Below are positions 1-12,900 of a DNA stretch of 36,080 bases, piece by piece. The stretch is from Reclinomonas americana ATCC 50394 (lineage: Eukaryota), in assembly GCA_048213135.1 (NCBI GenBank), contig PS015543.1, positions 1 through 36,080 of the forward strand, read 5' to 3'. The notes below the pieces were generated by a model. It was not told the origin of the DNA. It made no database searches and was given only the letters and a program-made list of their open reading frames with translations. A program made the position numbers and the translations under genes. How positions within the stretch are numbered: the stretch's first letter is position 1; every line of letters begins with the position of its first letter.

Positions 1-3000
1 TCACGACTCGGGCGAGTTGAATCGAGCCAGTGCAGACCCTGTGACCAGCAGCATCAGTGCAGCGGATGATGATGATGATGACGACGATGACGATGATGAT
101 GACGCGAATCGTGCGGCCACGCCGCCGACCTTGGGTGGGATTCTCGACAGTGGTGAGTGAGCGAGATTTTCGCATCCTTGCATGTGTGTGTCACGCACTG
201 ATTTATCTTTGGCGCGGCGCAGCTGAGGCAGTCGTGGACGAGGACGTGGATGCGGGCTCGTCGCCGGCAGCTGACGATGAGGAGCCTGCGGTGGCTGCTC
301 GGCGCACCGACATTCCGCTCAAGTTCCAGGGTGCCTTGTCGTCGGGGTCGGATTCTGCTGCGCTGCGCGTGCAGTCGTCGCCGCGCCCATCGGCACGCAC
401 CGCCAAGGCGTCGACTCTCGCCACTCGACCCTTCACTCACGACGCCGACATGAAGTTGGAACTGACTGGCCAGCGTGTGGCGGTACCGACTCGCGTTGCA
501 CCAGCAGCACCAGCACCAACTCCTCCGCCTGCGTCATCGGCGTCATCGGCGGCCTCTGACGCAGCCTTTACTCCCTCCACCAAGATCGGCACTCGACCGG
601 TCAGCGCACGTCGTCGACCGTGGGAGAGAGTTGCGAGCGTGTGCCTTGACTGTCATTGGATCGAGCTTGATGTACTCAACTGGGTACGTCTCTCTCTCTC
701 TCTCTGTGTGTGTGTTTGTGTGTCTCTCTCTCTTCTCTCTCTCTCGCTCGTTCTCTCTCTCTCTGTCTCTCCCTCTCTCGCTCGTTCTCTCTCTCTCTCT
801 CTCTGTCTCTCCCTCTCTCGCTCTATCTCTCTCTCTCACTCTCTCTCTCGCTCTCTCTCTGTCTCTCGCTCTCGCTCTCTCTCTCTCTCTGTCTCTCTCT
901 CTCTCTTTCTCTCTCCGCGCTTGCAGGGTGGAGACAGCTCATCGGGCTTGGTACAAATGGACGACACGATGAAACTGGAGACGCTGGACGCGGCCTCGGC
1001 CTCGGCTGTGATTGCTGCTGGCGGTGAGAGAGTGACGCGCACGCAACACAATGTCCCCTTGCTCGACTTCTCCTGACACGCCCTCGCCAGTGGCTGCGTT
1101 GGCCAGTACCGCAACCGTACCGCCGGAGACACTTGCACCGTCACCAGCACCGTCTGCGACACCGGCGCCTACGCCAACGTCTGCTGCGGCTTCCGCTCGC
1201 CCCTCCAGCTCTGGTGGCCGTCGTCTGAAGGGTCTCGATCGTGCCGCTTCTGCCGACAAGTATCAGATGGAGCTGAAGGCTGCGGAGGTTGCGCCCACGC
1301 GCATTCAGCCAGCTGCCGCACCAGCACCTGCGGCCCCTGTGGTTGCTCCCGCCGCACCCGCCAAGGTGTCAATCGTGGAGACAGCAGCCGCTGCCGCCCC
1401 CGCCTCGGAAGATCCGCTCCCCGTGTTGCACGCGGCCGAGAGTCGACAGTCGTCAGCCAGGGATGGTATGTGAGAGACTGGCTTGTCATGACACAGCGCT
1501 GGCCTGTCGCTGATGTTGAATTCGTCACAATAGCCGCATCCATGGCCGCCATTGAATCGTCGCTGCGAGCCTCGATGCAACGCAAGGACGCCTCACCGGT
1601 GTTGTCCGAGTTGACACAAAAGCTGAGGTCGCTCGATCCGAAGAAGCAGGAGTACATGCTCAAGGTGCGTGTCTCGAATCGTCGTCTATGGTTCACACAC
1701 ACANNNNNNNNNNNNNNNNNNNNCCCTCACTCACTCCTCTGCAGATGCTGGAACGCATGGAGCAAGTGGACCTGCGCTCGTCCTCTGAATTCGAGATTCG
1801 TTTCCTCAGCAGCCTCATGGCCGAAACCGCCAAGAAGCGCAAGAGCAAGATGAAGGAGCTGAGTCTGTGTCTCAAGTCCACGTGGGGCAACGACCGCTAC
1901 ATTGGTCTCACCGAGGTGTGTGAGTCCGTGCAGTGGCATTGAGTCGCCTGCTTCCCCTCACAATACTGCAGGTGGAGGTCTACGATCGGTACGACCGCAA
2001 GGTGTATATTGCCGATCAATGGCTACGACTGCAGAATGCGGCACCGGCAGATGGCAATCTGGCGCGCGCCGAGCACACACTCACCAAGCTCGTGAATGGG
2101 AAATTCAGGGTGAGTCCAGCAATGGTGGTCAGTTGATCTGTGTAAATCGCTCACCGATGCACTCACTCGTCAGACCACTTCCGAGCGCAACATGTTTGCG
2201 ACCGACCTGCCGCCACCCGGCGCACCGCCGCTGCAGGTGATCATCTCCTTGCCGACGTCGGTGGAGGTGGCGTACTTGCGGTTGTGGAACTACAACAAGA
2301 CGGCGTCGGTGAGTGAGCAGTGTCGGCGGCAGTGATTCCTTTGCCAGCTGTCTGTTGACGCACGTGTGCACAGGAAATCAACAAGGGTGTGAAGGACATG
2401 GAGATTCTGCTGGACGGCAACTCTGTGTGGACAGGGTGCTTGCAGCGCGGCTGCGGAACGACACACATGGACTACTCCACGGTCGCTGTATTGAAACCGA
2501 CGGCTCGAACGGATGACACCGGCAGCGAATCGGAGCGCGAATCCGACGGAGTGGAGGGCAAGACCGACGAGGAAGACACGCGCCACACACGAACCGATGC
2601 CGACCGTGCTGCGTCAACCGACCTGTCCAATCGGCGGCGACAGGCGTTTGACTTTTTGGATCAGCAGCAAGTGGACAATCTGGCTGCCTCTGGTTGGTGC
2701 ACGCCCAAAGTGTATGTGTGCATTTTTTCCGAGGACTCACCTCCTCGATTCACATCGCAGCGGCGACTGCAACATCGCCCAAGAGCGAACTCGACCAGCG
2801 CTCCTTGCGACTGGCCAAGGCGCACGATCAGCTCATGTCAAACACAGTGGGTGACGCGACGGCGGGCGGTGTGCCGTCGTGGCTGATGGACCTGGCCTCC
2901 CACAGCGAGACAGGCGAGCGGCCAGACAGCGCCGCCCTCGACGACGACGTGATGATTGGCACTGTTGGAGCGGCGGGCCCGTCGTTCCGAGTGGGCGCCG

Positions 3001-6000
3001 ACGATGACGCCGACCCCCTCGGCTTGCAGGGTGACGCTGCGCAGGCACGACCAAGTGCGTCGTTATTCTCACACTCTCTTCTGTCTAGTCCACCTCGTCT
3101 AAATCTCGTTCTTTCCTCTTTCTGCGCAGCGTCGCGCTCCAAGAGGCGGCAACAGGCGAGTGGCTCTGAGGCTCACGGAGTGCCAGCTCCCATCTCCACC
3201 GCCGCCACGAGCACGGCGGCAGTGACCGGTGGCGTAGTAAGGTTACCGGCCGAGCCCGGAAGCCCAGACGATGCACTGTCCAAGTTCAAAAAATCGCAGG
3301 CAGCTCCTGCTGCTGCTGCTACTGCTACTGCCACCGAGACGGCGGAAAAGGCACGCGGAGCTCAAAAACCGGCGGCGCGCAAGCAGGACGCAGAGGCAAA
3401 CGAGACCGACGGCGGGCGCACGCTCGAGTCGCTCAATCGGGAGGCCGAACGGCAGTTGGAGGAGGCCAAACGCGACAAGCAGCAGCGTGTCCTCGAAAAG
3501 GCACACCAAGTCGCAGCTAATGTCGCCTCGGCTGTAGCGGCGTCGGTGCACACTGGCGGCGCATCGGAGAGCATCGTCGAGCCGTCGCCTCGTTGCGTTC
3601 CTTTTGTCGCACGCATCGATGTCGCAGTCACTGATGTGTGTGTGTGTGTGCTTCTTTGTACAGTCACCGAGAGCCGACAAGCAGCGGCAGCGGCAGCTGA
3701 AGCTGTTGGTGAGTGGGAGCATTGGGGAGAGCGAATTTTTATGCACGAGACACACTTCTCACTCTTGTGTGTTGCTGACAGATGGGAATGTGGAGAATGA
3801 CTTGCCGCTCGTGGAGTTGCGTAAGCGGTGTTGCGACACGAGTGGAGCGCGGTGCGCATACAACGTGCTCACTATTCTTCGCAGTCTGTCACCCGTTGTG
3901 ATTCCAGAGGAGCCATCGGGCCGCGTGCTCACCATCAAGATCTACTCCACGTGGGGTGATCCGTACTACGTCGGCATGACTGGCGTGGAGATTTTTGACA
4001 AACTCGGCAATGTTGTGCGCATCAACGATGTCGACAAGCAGGTGAGGGGGAAAGTTTGAGGTGTGCGTTCACGTTTTCTCACGGATCCTCGATCGCCACA
4101 GGTGACGGCCGATCCGTCGAGCATCAACGATCTGCCCGAGTATTCGGACGATCCGCGCACGATCGACAAGCTGTTTGACGGCGTCAACAAGACATGTGAC
4201 GACTTTCACATGTGGTTGGCGCCGTTCACCAAGGGCAAGACACACTCGGTCACCATTGACTTTACACGCAGTATTTCGCTCGGCATGATCCGCTTCTGGG
4301 TGCGTCTGTTCGCTCAGTGTGTGTTTGATGGAGGGAGTGCTGACGTTGGTGGTCACAGAATTACAACAAGAGTCGCATTCACTCGTTCCGTGGTGCTCGG
4401 CACTTGGCGATCGAGCTCGACTCGCTCACTGTATTCCGCGGCGAGATCTCGGCTGCCGACGGCAGCCTGCAGCGAGCCGAGGAGAAGGCAGAAGTTGTGT
4501 GACAGTCAATGGTCTCGTTGTTGTTGGCAAATCGACTGATTCCTGCCACTGTGCAACTGCAGTGCATTTTGTTTACGACGAAAGAGCGGACGATTCAGAC
4601 GATTGAGGCGTACGATTTGCGACGCTACGTGCGCCTGCAGGAGACGATGGAGGAAATTCAGGTCGGTTTTTCTTTTCTGACAGATTATGCTTCGCCGACA
4701 CTCACCACTCGTTGCATGAAAAGACCCTACAACAACAAGAAATCATTCGTGCCAGCGTGCCGAGACCACCAACTGCACAGTCGGAGAGATCACGTGACAT
4801 GCCGGTGCGATAAGCTTGCTGGCTGGCTCACTCCCTCCGCGTTCGTCCACCTCTCATCTGCGCTCCTCCCCTCCACAGCATGCATTCGACGTGGACGTGG
4901 TAACCGGAGGCAGACCACGAACGACTGCACAGGGTCCAACCATGCCGAGCGCTGCGGAGACTGCACGCTTGTTGTCGTCGGCGTATGGGCCTGAGCAGGA
5001 CACCATCATGGGCGCCTCGTCACTACGTCAGTTGGCGAATGACGCCACTGCCGTGTGCAAAGGCTCCTCGGTGCGGCTAGAACTGCTGGAGAGCTGGGGC
5101 GACCGCTATTATGTCGGTCTCACCGGCCTGCAAGTCCTCGTGGATGAAGGTCCGTGTGCCGCTTCTCAAGTGTCTTGTGCAGAGAGTGCGTCGCTCATTT
5201 TCTTGGTGTGTGCAGACTTGCGAGCGGCTCCTGTCACCATGAACGACCTGGAGGCCGCGCCGCGCGACATGAATGCGATTCCGGGGCATCGAGGAGATCC
5301 ACGCACACTGGACAAGTTGCGCGCTTCCGTGCTCCTTTGTCATTCACTCGCACACATCGCGCTCACTACGACGTCATTCATGCAGGCTGCTCGACAACAT
5401 CAACGTCACCGTGGACGACACGCACATGTGGCTGGTGCCGCAGACACTGTTGGAGTCGCGACCGTACATTCGAATCAAGTTGAACAGTCGGCAGTCCATC
5501 TACGGCCTGCGACTGTGGAACTACAATAAGAGCGTGGAGGACTCCTTCCGTGGTGTGAAGCGGATGCGCGTGTATGTGGACGACAAGCTGGTGACGCCAG
5601 AGGGCGGCGTGATTGTCAGAAAAGGTGAGTGTGGGCACGGTACTGTCGCCATGAGCTGAATACTGAATCCACCCCGTGCAGCACCGGGTCTGGATCTGTT
5701 TGACTTCTCGCAAGTGGTGCTCCTCAGTGCCAACGGCGACATCAAGGTACGCGTCACTCTCATGCTACTTTTTCTCGGTCGCCAAGAGTATTCATTCTCC
5801 GTGTGTTTGCATAGGGCGTGCTTCCGTACTCGCTGCTGCAACCCAGTGTGCGTGCGCACTACGTCGATCAGAACGCCAAGTACTCGCTGGAGCGTGGTGG
5901 TGGTCGCGAGCCGTGTCACAACTACGTCACGCCACTCAATCCTGTTGGCTGTTGCGTGCCGGTTGCCTTTCCTTTCCCCCTCCCGTCCATAGCTCACTGT

Positions 6001-6818
6001 GCGTCGCGCAGACGTGTTCAAATTTGTGCTGCGCACGACGTGGGGCGATCCGCACTACGTCGGGCTGAACGGCATCGAGTTGTTCGACTTGCGCGGCGAG
6101 CCAATTCCGCTCACCTACGCCAACATCATGGCCTTCCCCCGCAGCGTTTGCGACACGCCAGGCAATGCCGACGATGTGCGCACGGTGGACAAGCTCATCG
6201 ACGGCGTCAATAACACGTGGTCCGACGAGCACATGTGGCTGGCGCCGTACACCGTGGGCGAGGTACGTGTGGAGGAAGATGATTACCACTGCTGTTCTTG
6301 AGTGTTGCTCATCTCACTGCGCGCACGCGTAGGAGAACCTCCTGTTTGTGGTCTTCAACGAGCCGACGCCGGTGACCGCCATCAAAATGTGGAACTACGC
6401 CAAGACGCCGGAGCGTGGCGTGCAGGATTTTGAGTTGTACGTCGACGACCTGCTGGTGTACCAGGGAGCGCTGGTGCGATCGCCCGTGCAAGAGGGGCGC
6501 GCACCTCCACCCGACATGGCGCAGACGGTGTTCCTCACGAGGTGTCCCACGGTGACGGAGATTGTGGGCGGTCGCTCGGCGGCGGTCAAGGTGGGCACCA
6601 CGGCGCCGAAGAGCGCCATGATCCTCGGTGCCGGCTCCCGCGGTGCGGCTGGCGGCAGGCAGCAACAAGAGGCGGCGGTCGTGGAACAGGAAGTGCTGTT
6701 CTTCAATCAGCGCAAGTTGGAGCACGGCAAGCTCGTCGATCAGGCGCCAGTGCCAACAAGAACCGATTCGCTGGAGCGGCCGAGAACATCAGCCGGATCG
6801 CAGAAAACTGAGCTGTAA
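1..6818 (+). CDS. KATNIP: Katanin-interacting ciliary/basal-body protein KIAA0556 (DUF4457 repeats), 5'-partial, about 24 introns
   Basis: Spliced exons give four modules starting with (S/T)TWG/ESWG..Y.G(L/M)(T/N): [15 protein letters not shown] (~1875), [19 protein letters not shown] (~3945), [17 protein letters not shown] (~5085), [19 protein letters not shown] (~6035). They are followed by R-T-x-D-K-L-x-D and H-M-W-L-x-P (last three modules) and by WNY(N/A)K..GV/GA motifs typical of this family. Stop TAA at 6816-6818. Confidence 0.9.
689..914. repeat. Imperfect (CT)n/(GT)n microsatellite inside a KATNIP intron
   Basis: Directly visible dinucleotide run; it expands this intron well beyond the usual ~65 nt. 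Confidence 0.95.
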
Positions 6819-6984
6819 ATGAGAAAGTACGATACTATAGCTGAAGTTTGCACAATCAGGGATTCCTCTTGCTTGATTGGTCAATTGCCGTGATGGGCGA
6901 CCATGACACGCGCTTGTCGTTGTGCCGATGTCACCGACACCCATCATCACCGTTTGAGCAGCGAGAGCGCAGTGTCGGAGGGAG

Positions 6985-9900
6985 ATGGCGGCCGCCGCCA
7001 GTGAGGAAACGCGCGTGACCTCGTTTGTCCGCGTCGATCAAGTGTACGAGCACTTGACAGAGGTAGCCCTCTCACACACATAAAGAGAGAGAGCAAGTCA
7101 CTTACTTTCTCCTTCACACACACACAGATCTTTGACGCGCTCTTCCAAGAACGAGTTGCGTTGGACGCTCACAATGAGTGTGTCTCTCCCTCACTTTCCG
7201 CCTCACACACTCTCCTTCTTTTGCCTTGCAGGTCACTCTGCAAAAGTATGAAGAGGCCGAAGTCATCGAACGATTGTCTGAGTCGGTGCAGGCGCACGTG
7301 CAGGTGGCTATTGATGACAAGGTGCTCTTACCCTCCAAGTGCTCTCTGTCACCTCTCAGCTCGCTCATTGATTGGTGTTGTGAATAAGCTCGAGCATTAC
7401 ACGGCCGAGTTTCTCGTCGGAAGCAATCGGTTCGGCGTGGAGGAGGTTCTGCCAATCCCCGATGTGTTCCGCCAGTCACTGGACGCGCAGCGCAAAGAGA
7501 ACGCGGTCTGCCTCTCTCTCTGAAACACTGTCTCTCTCACTTTGTCGCTCACGCCTCTGTCTCCAGGAGCTGAAGAAGAAGATGTCGACGCAGGACTCGG
7601 TCATTGATCGCATGCACAATCGCATTGAGAAAGTCACCGATGCGGTGCGTCCCCTGAGACCCTGTATATATATGTGTGTGTGTTGGATGCTCATCACGGT
7701 GGCAAACAGATTGACGAGGTGCGCAAGACGCTGTACAAGGAGAACTGTTTCTTTCGTGAGCGGCTGGGATACGGGCCAGACTCGACGGCCGGTGGCGATG
7801 TGTTTACAATGTTGCACTTGGCGTTTGCGGAGTTTGGCGACGATGGGCCCGACGAGCAGGATCTCGATGCACACTTTCGTGCGCAAGTGCAGGATCTGCT
7901 GTTCAAGAAGACGCAGGAGGTGGAGAGCGAGAAGGCCAGTTTGATTCGGTATCAGAGTGAGCAGGCCAAGAAGCGCCAGCAGGCCTTCACCTCCGCACTC
8001 GAGGAGAAGGCGGCTCGTGTGCTGGAGTTGGAGAGCCTGCTCGATCGCATGCTGTCGGAGTCGTACGGCGGGCAGGCGGAGACGGCCGACCTCGAGATCC
8101 AGACCGAGGGTGTTCCATGGGGGTACGTGGCTCTGAGTTTGGCCACCGCCTCTCCCTGGCCCGACTGACTGACATGTTCGCAGCGAGGAGGTCGAGGTGC
8201 AAACAGACCCGTGGGAACCGGAGCCGGTGATTGTGGAGAAGTTGATTGTGGTGGAGCGACGTGTCGATGTGGGAGCAGCTGCGGCGGCGCAGCTGGGCAC
8301 CGCGAGTGCGGACGACTCGCCGGCCACCGACATGGTGCCGCTCGACGCCTTTGTCTCTGCACAGGAACAGCTGGCCGAGGCCAAGGAGCAGGTGAACAAG
8401 GTGACGCAGGAGCTGGAGCTCGTGCGTCGTGACATGCGCGACGCGGCTGAGCGTAGTCGACGACAAATCGATAAGCTCAAGGCGGACTCCAAGCGCGCCG
8501 GCAAGCCTCCGTCCTCTGCTCCGGCCCGCAAGTCTCACACCGACAGTTCCGTGGAGGCTGAGAGCGACGATGCGGAGGCCGACGATGAACCGGAGACGGC
8601 GTCAGAGCCGGAGCAGCCGCGCTTCACCACGCCCAAGGAGGCCATCACGTACGAACAGAAGAAGTTTGCGGAGATGGAGAGCACTCTGCGCAACGATATT
8701 GCGACGGTGCGCAGCGACAAGGATCGCGAGATTGCACAGCTGCGGGAGCAGCTGCGCGCCAGTGAGCAAGGTTTGAGCAGTGTTGATGTCCTTCTGTGTT
8801 TTCTTTCTTCTCCTCACCAATTTCATGTGCAGCGGCGCAAGCGGTGAACACCGAGCTCAACGCCACGCAGTCGGCGGCCACCAAACAGCAACAAGAGGTG
8901 GCGAAGCTGCAGGCGGACCTCGCCAATGCACGACAGCAGGCTGCTGATTTGGTTTCGGCCGCCGCCCGTCGCGCGGCCATGACCAAGTCCGCCGGCTCCA
9001 CTGCCTCACTCGCGCGCACCTCTGCCTCCGCCGGGCATGACAGCCACGGGAGTGCCGACATGCCAGAGGACGACGATGACGATGTGCCGGTTCCCCTCTC
9101 GGCACCCGCGCCCATTGATTTGGATCTGGACGAGGCCACTGCTCCGGTGGCGCATGATGACGAGCCCGACATTATCGCTTCGCCCATGACACCGGTGAGG
9201 TGGAGGGCGGAGAGAAGAATGGGGAAAAGAGCTATCGCCGCTTACCTTTCTGCTCGCAGAACACACCCATGGCCTTCCGGGCAGCTTCGCCAACTGCAGC
9301 CCTGGCGCAGCACATCAAGCCAGTGAGTTTGACCATGAAGGAACTGCAACGCACAATGCTGGTGCACGCTTGCCGCACAGCTGCCGCCGTGTCGCTGCAG
9401 CGACGGGTGGCTAAATTGCATGGTGCCAACGCACCATCCACTGGCACGGTGTCGTTGGTGTGCGTCGCGGTGGAAAACGCTTCCGATTTGGTTTGTCTGT
9501 CGTGGTACTCTCTCACGCAGCTGCGCTCGTCGATGTGTGACTGACAACGACTGCCCACAGTGGAATGAGTGCCCGGGAGCCATGTTCCAGGCGACGCTGA
9601 TGTCGGGCGAGATTATGGTTCACCAATTGGGTCAGGTGCGTAAGGAGGCAGAGGGACGTGCTGCTCCCACTCTCAGTGCTCACTATTCCTGCATCGCAGT
9701 GCAATGGATTCATGGCCAGAAGTGATGCCGGCCGGCCGGTTATGGTGTTCCGCACGCTGGTCGACGCCATGAACTTTTGTCTGCGAACTCAGGTGTGTTC
9801 TCGCGCGCACAATATCGCCGTCTTGTGCATTCTTACTGATCACCTTGGCAGCTGGCGCATGTGGCCGCGGAATGGCCCGAGCCCATATTACATTCGAGCT

Positions 9901-12900
9901 TGTGCCCGCTCGTGTCGTCCGCCTCGGCCTCTTCCAAGTTGCGTTGCTCCGTGTGATGCACGCCGATAGTCTTGTCACACTCACTCTCCTCGTGCAGATC
10001 GGCGTTCCGTGGCTTGCGGTTGCGCATGGCGGTCCACACCGACACCGCAGTGATTGCGCCGGACGTGTCGTCCGGCTTGGTGGTTGTCGGCGGTGACATT
10101 CAGCCATTCTGCACGCAGCTTACCGGTTTGCGAGGATTCCCCTTTTGCACTTGAGTGTTTGGTTCTCACTCCCGGATCGTCTGGCAGATGTGGCATTCGG
10201 CGGTCAGATTGTGCTCAGCAGCACAGTGGCGAGTGCCGTGCGCAACGGCAGTGGCACGACCGGGCTTGATTTCTCACTCACCGTCAAGCCGCACAGCCGG
10301 CAGCTGCAGGCACGCTTGCCTTGCCATCCACGCGCTGCAGCACTCAGTCACTCACTCACTCACTCACTTGGTGTGTACCTCTTCGCGCAGCTTCTGAGTG
10401 CCATGGAGTCACCCGATGCGATGCTGCTGGTGCCCGGCGAGTTGGCACACCGCAAGTTTGAACCTGTATCACCGGTGCCGGTCGCACTACGCGATATGCA
10501 AAATCCGATTCAGGAGCTGTACTGCATCCAGCGAGCGTGGGAGAATGCGCAACACGATCTGAGGTGTGCAATTACTTATGGTCGTCTCGTTGATCAGCGA
10601 CTGGTTCTGATTCATCTGTCCAGGAAACTCATTGCTGCCGCGCGGAGCGAGCCTGAGGTCCTGCGCGAACGTCAGCTGCACGACATGGCGGTGCTGCTCG
10701 AGAGGCTGCTGAGTACGGTGGCGGATGTGGGGATGCAGGGAAGGTTTGTGAGCGCTCAACTGATGTCGCGATGCATTGCTGGCACACTCACCCCTCTGCG
10801 CAGCGTCGTGGAGCATGGAGGCACAGTACCGCCTGGCTCTGAATCACAACTCCAGGTGCAACCACAACAACAACTTCTGCAGCAGCCGCGATCTGGTCGA
10901 GGACCGGGTGGAAATATGGTGGAGGTTGGCACTCACCTGCCTCTGTATTGTTCAATTATTCGTGGCGTGTATTTCTCACCCGCACCATCGCACAGACTGC
11001 CTCGTCGCCGATTCACGTCATGCTGAGTGGTCGCATACCGGCAACAGATCCCTACGGCATTCCGTATTCTTCGTCGACCGATGATTTGCTGGATCACTCG
11101 GTGCGTTCGTGTGGGGCGAGTTGCACACGCACACACATGTTATCGCTAACTGGTGATTCGTTCTGTGGGTGCGGCAGTCGGTGAATTCCATGCCGCAGTA
11201 CGATGCACGAGATGTTGCGTGCGATGAAAAGTGTCTGTTCCGCCTTGTTGCCAGCTTGCTTCCTCACCATGTTGCACACAACAGGCTGGCTCCTCTCCCA
11301 TGCCGCGTGCCGATCAGCGAGATGTTGCGATTTCAGTCCGCGCGTGCTTCGTTGTGTGCTGTTGCAGCTCACTTTCAATCCATGCAGGCCATGCTCTCAC
11401 CGATGAGTTTCGACAATGGTGATGCCGGCAGCTTGAGTGACGGATCGTACTTGCCGCCATCTCCCATGGCGATGCGACGGCGAAGCCTGGAGACAGCGTC
11501 GCCACACGCGCTCATTGAGGGCCAGCCGGCCGATGATGATCAGTCGGCTGCTTTCGAGAGTGGCAGCGAGCAGGTCGACAGTGTGGCAGACGGCAGTCAA
11601 GAACACGAGGCTGGACCCTCGCGCTGGCGCAATGCACCCGGCATGCTGCGCACGACGGGAGTTTCGTGCCATTATTTGTTCTCAGTATTATATTTCTACC
11701 CTTTTGCAGTTGCTCACGGCATGTTTGCATGTGTAGGATGACTGGGCCGATTTCTCAAGTGGCCCTCCAAGGTTTGTCCTTGCGCTCTCCAGTGCTGTCG
11801 AATGAACTCACTGACTGACCTCGTCACAGTGAGCCACTGTTCTCCTATCCGGTACCGAACTCGGCGGTGCGGGATTCGGCGCGCTCAGTACCCATGTCGC
11901 ACCAGTCGTCGTCTCCGATTGCCGCCGTGCAGCCTTCGTCGGGACGCCGTGGCATCGACACTGTGTCGGCTGTGTCGCTGGAGGACCATGATGTGCCGGC
12001 GGAGGAGGATGCGCACCTGGCGCACAACAAGAGACCGCTGAGTTCACCGGGTCACATTATCGCGCTGCTGCGTGCCACGAACGCCGCCGAGCAGCAACAG
12101 CAAATGCTGCTGCAGCAAAACCAAGTGTCGTCCTCCGCTCGCGGCTCTGGTCGGCGCCAAAAGGACACGTCGAAGATCGACGAGGAGCAAGACACGGTGC
12201 AGTCGCCGTCGTCACAGCACCAGCAGCAACTGCAACAACGTGCTTCCGCCGGTCGCTACCACCGCGTACAGCGCAGCGTATCACCGCTCTCACAAGCACG
12301 ACAGCTGTCGCAAGTCGACACGTTTGGGCTGGCGGCTACCACCTCCACGGGCGAGGTGGTGGTGCCGCCGCACACGTGGGACTACGTACGGACGGCGCTG
12401 ATGTACATGGTGCAAGATTACGAGAAGATCGCGGAGAGAGCAGGCGAACCGGAGGAAAAGTGGAGGCGCAAACTGGACGCGGCGCGGCAGGCGCTGACGC
12501 TCGTCATGAATCCACTTCCAGGGTACGTCGAATTGGTGGCGAGGGGGGCAAGTGTTTGCTTGTCTGGTCACTGACGTGCATTGTTTGTGTGTACGTGTAC
12601 GTGTACACAGGGCGAACCCAATCTCCCTTCCCAGCGACAGCAAGATCACACACGCTGCCGATCTTCTCGGTCCACCGCACTGGTGGGACGTGGCAAAACG
12701 AGCCACAACACCACCGGCCGCCGTCGACGAGTTGCTGCCGTCGGCCGACTCGCAGCAGAGTGAGGCGCTGCAGAGATTGGCGGAAGAGCGGCGCAAACTG
12801 CACGAGCGACGCGTGCAGCTGACGTTGCGTTGTGTTGACGGAAGAGGTGGTTGCTGTGTTCATTTTTTTTTGCTGATTTCGTGTTGTCGTCTCAGGGAGG

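Noticed and set aside
5311-5390. Reading the GTTGCG sites as non-canonical TT donors (AAG|TTGCGC)
   Set aside because: Phase matching to the AG acceptor and the conserved DKLLD motif require cleavage before the G, so these are GT-AG introns.
7476-8531. Long antisense or alternate-frame ORFs (also 24386-25267 +, 30272-31309 -, 34151-35080 -)
   Set aside because: Shadow ORFs of GC-rich coding sequence with no recognisable domains.
10126-10132. GTTTGCG/GTCTGCG donors as a '+2-shifted' class
   Set aside because: They have G at -1 and G at +5, so they fit the ordinary register.
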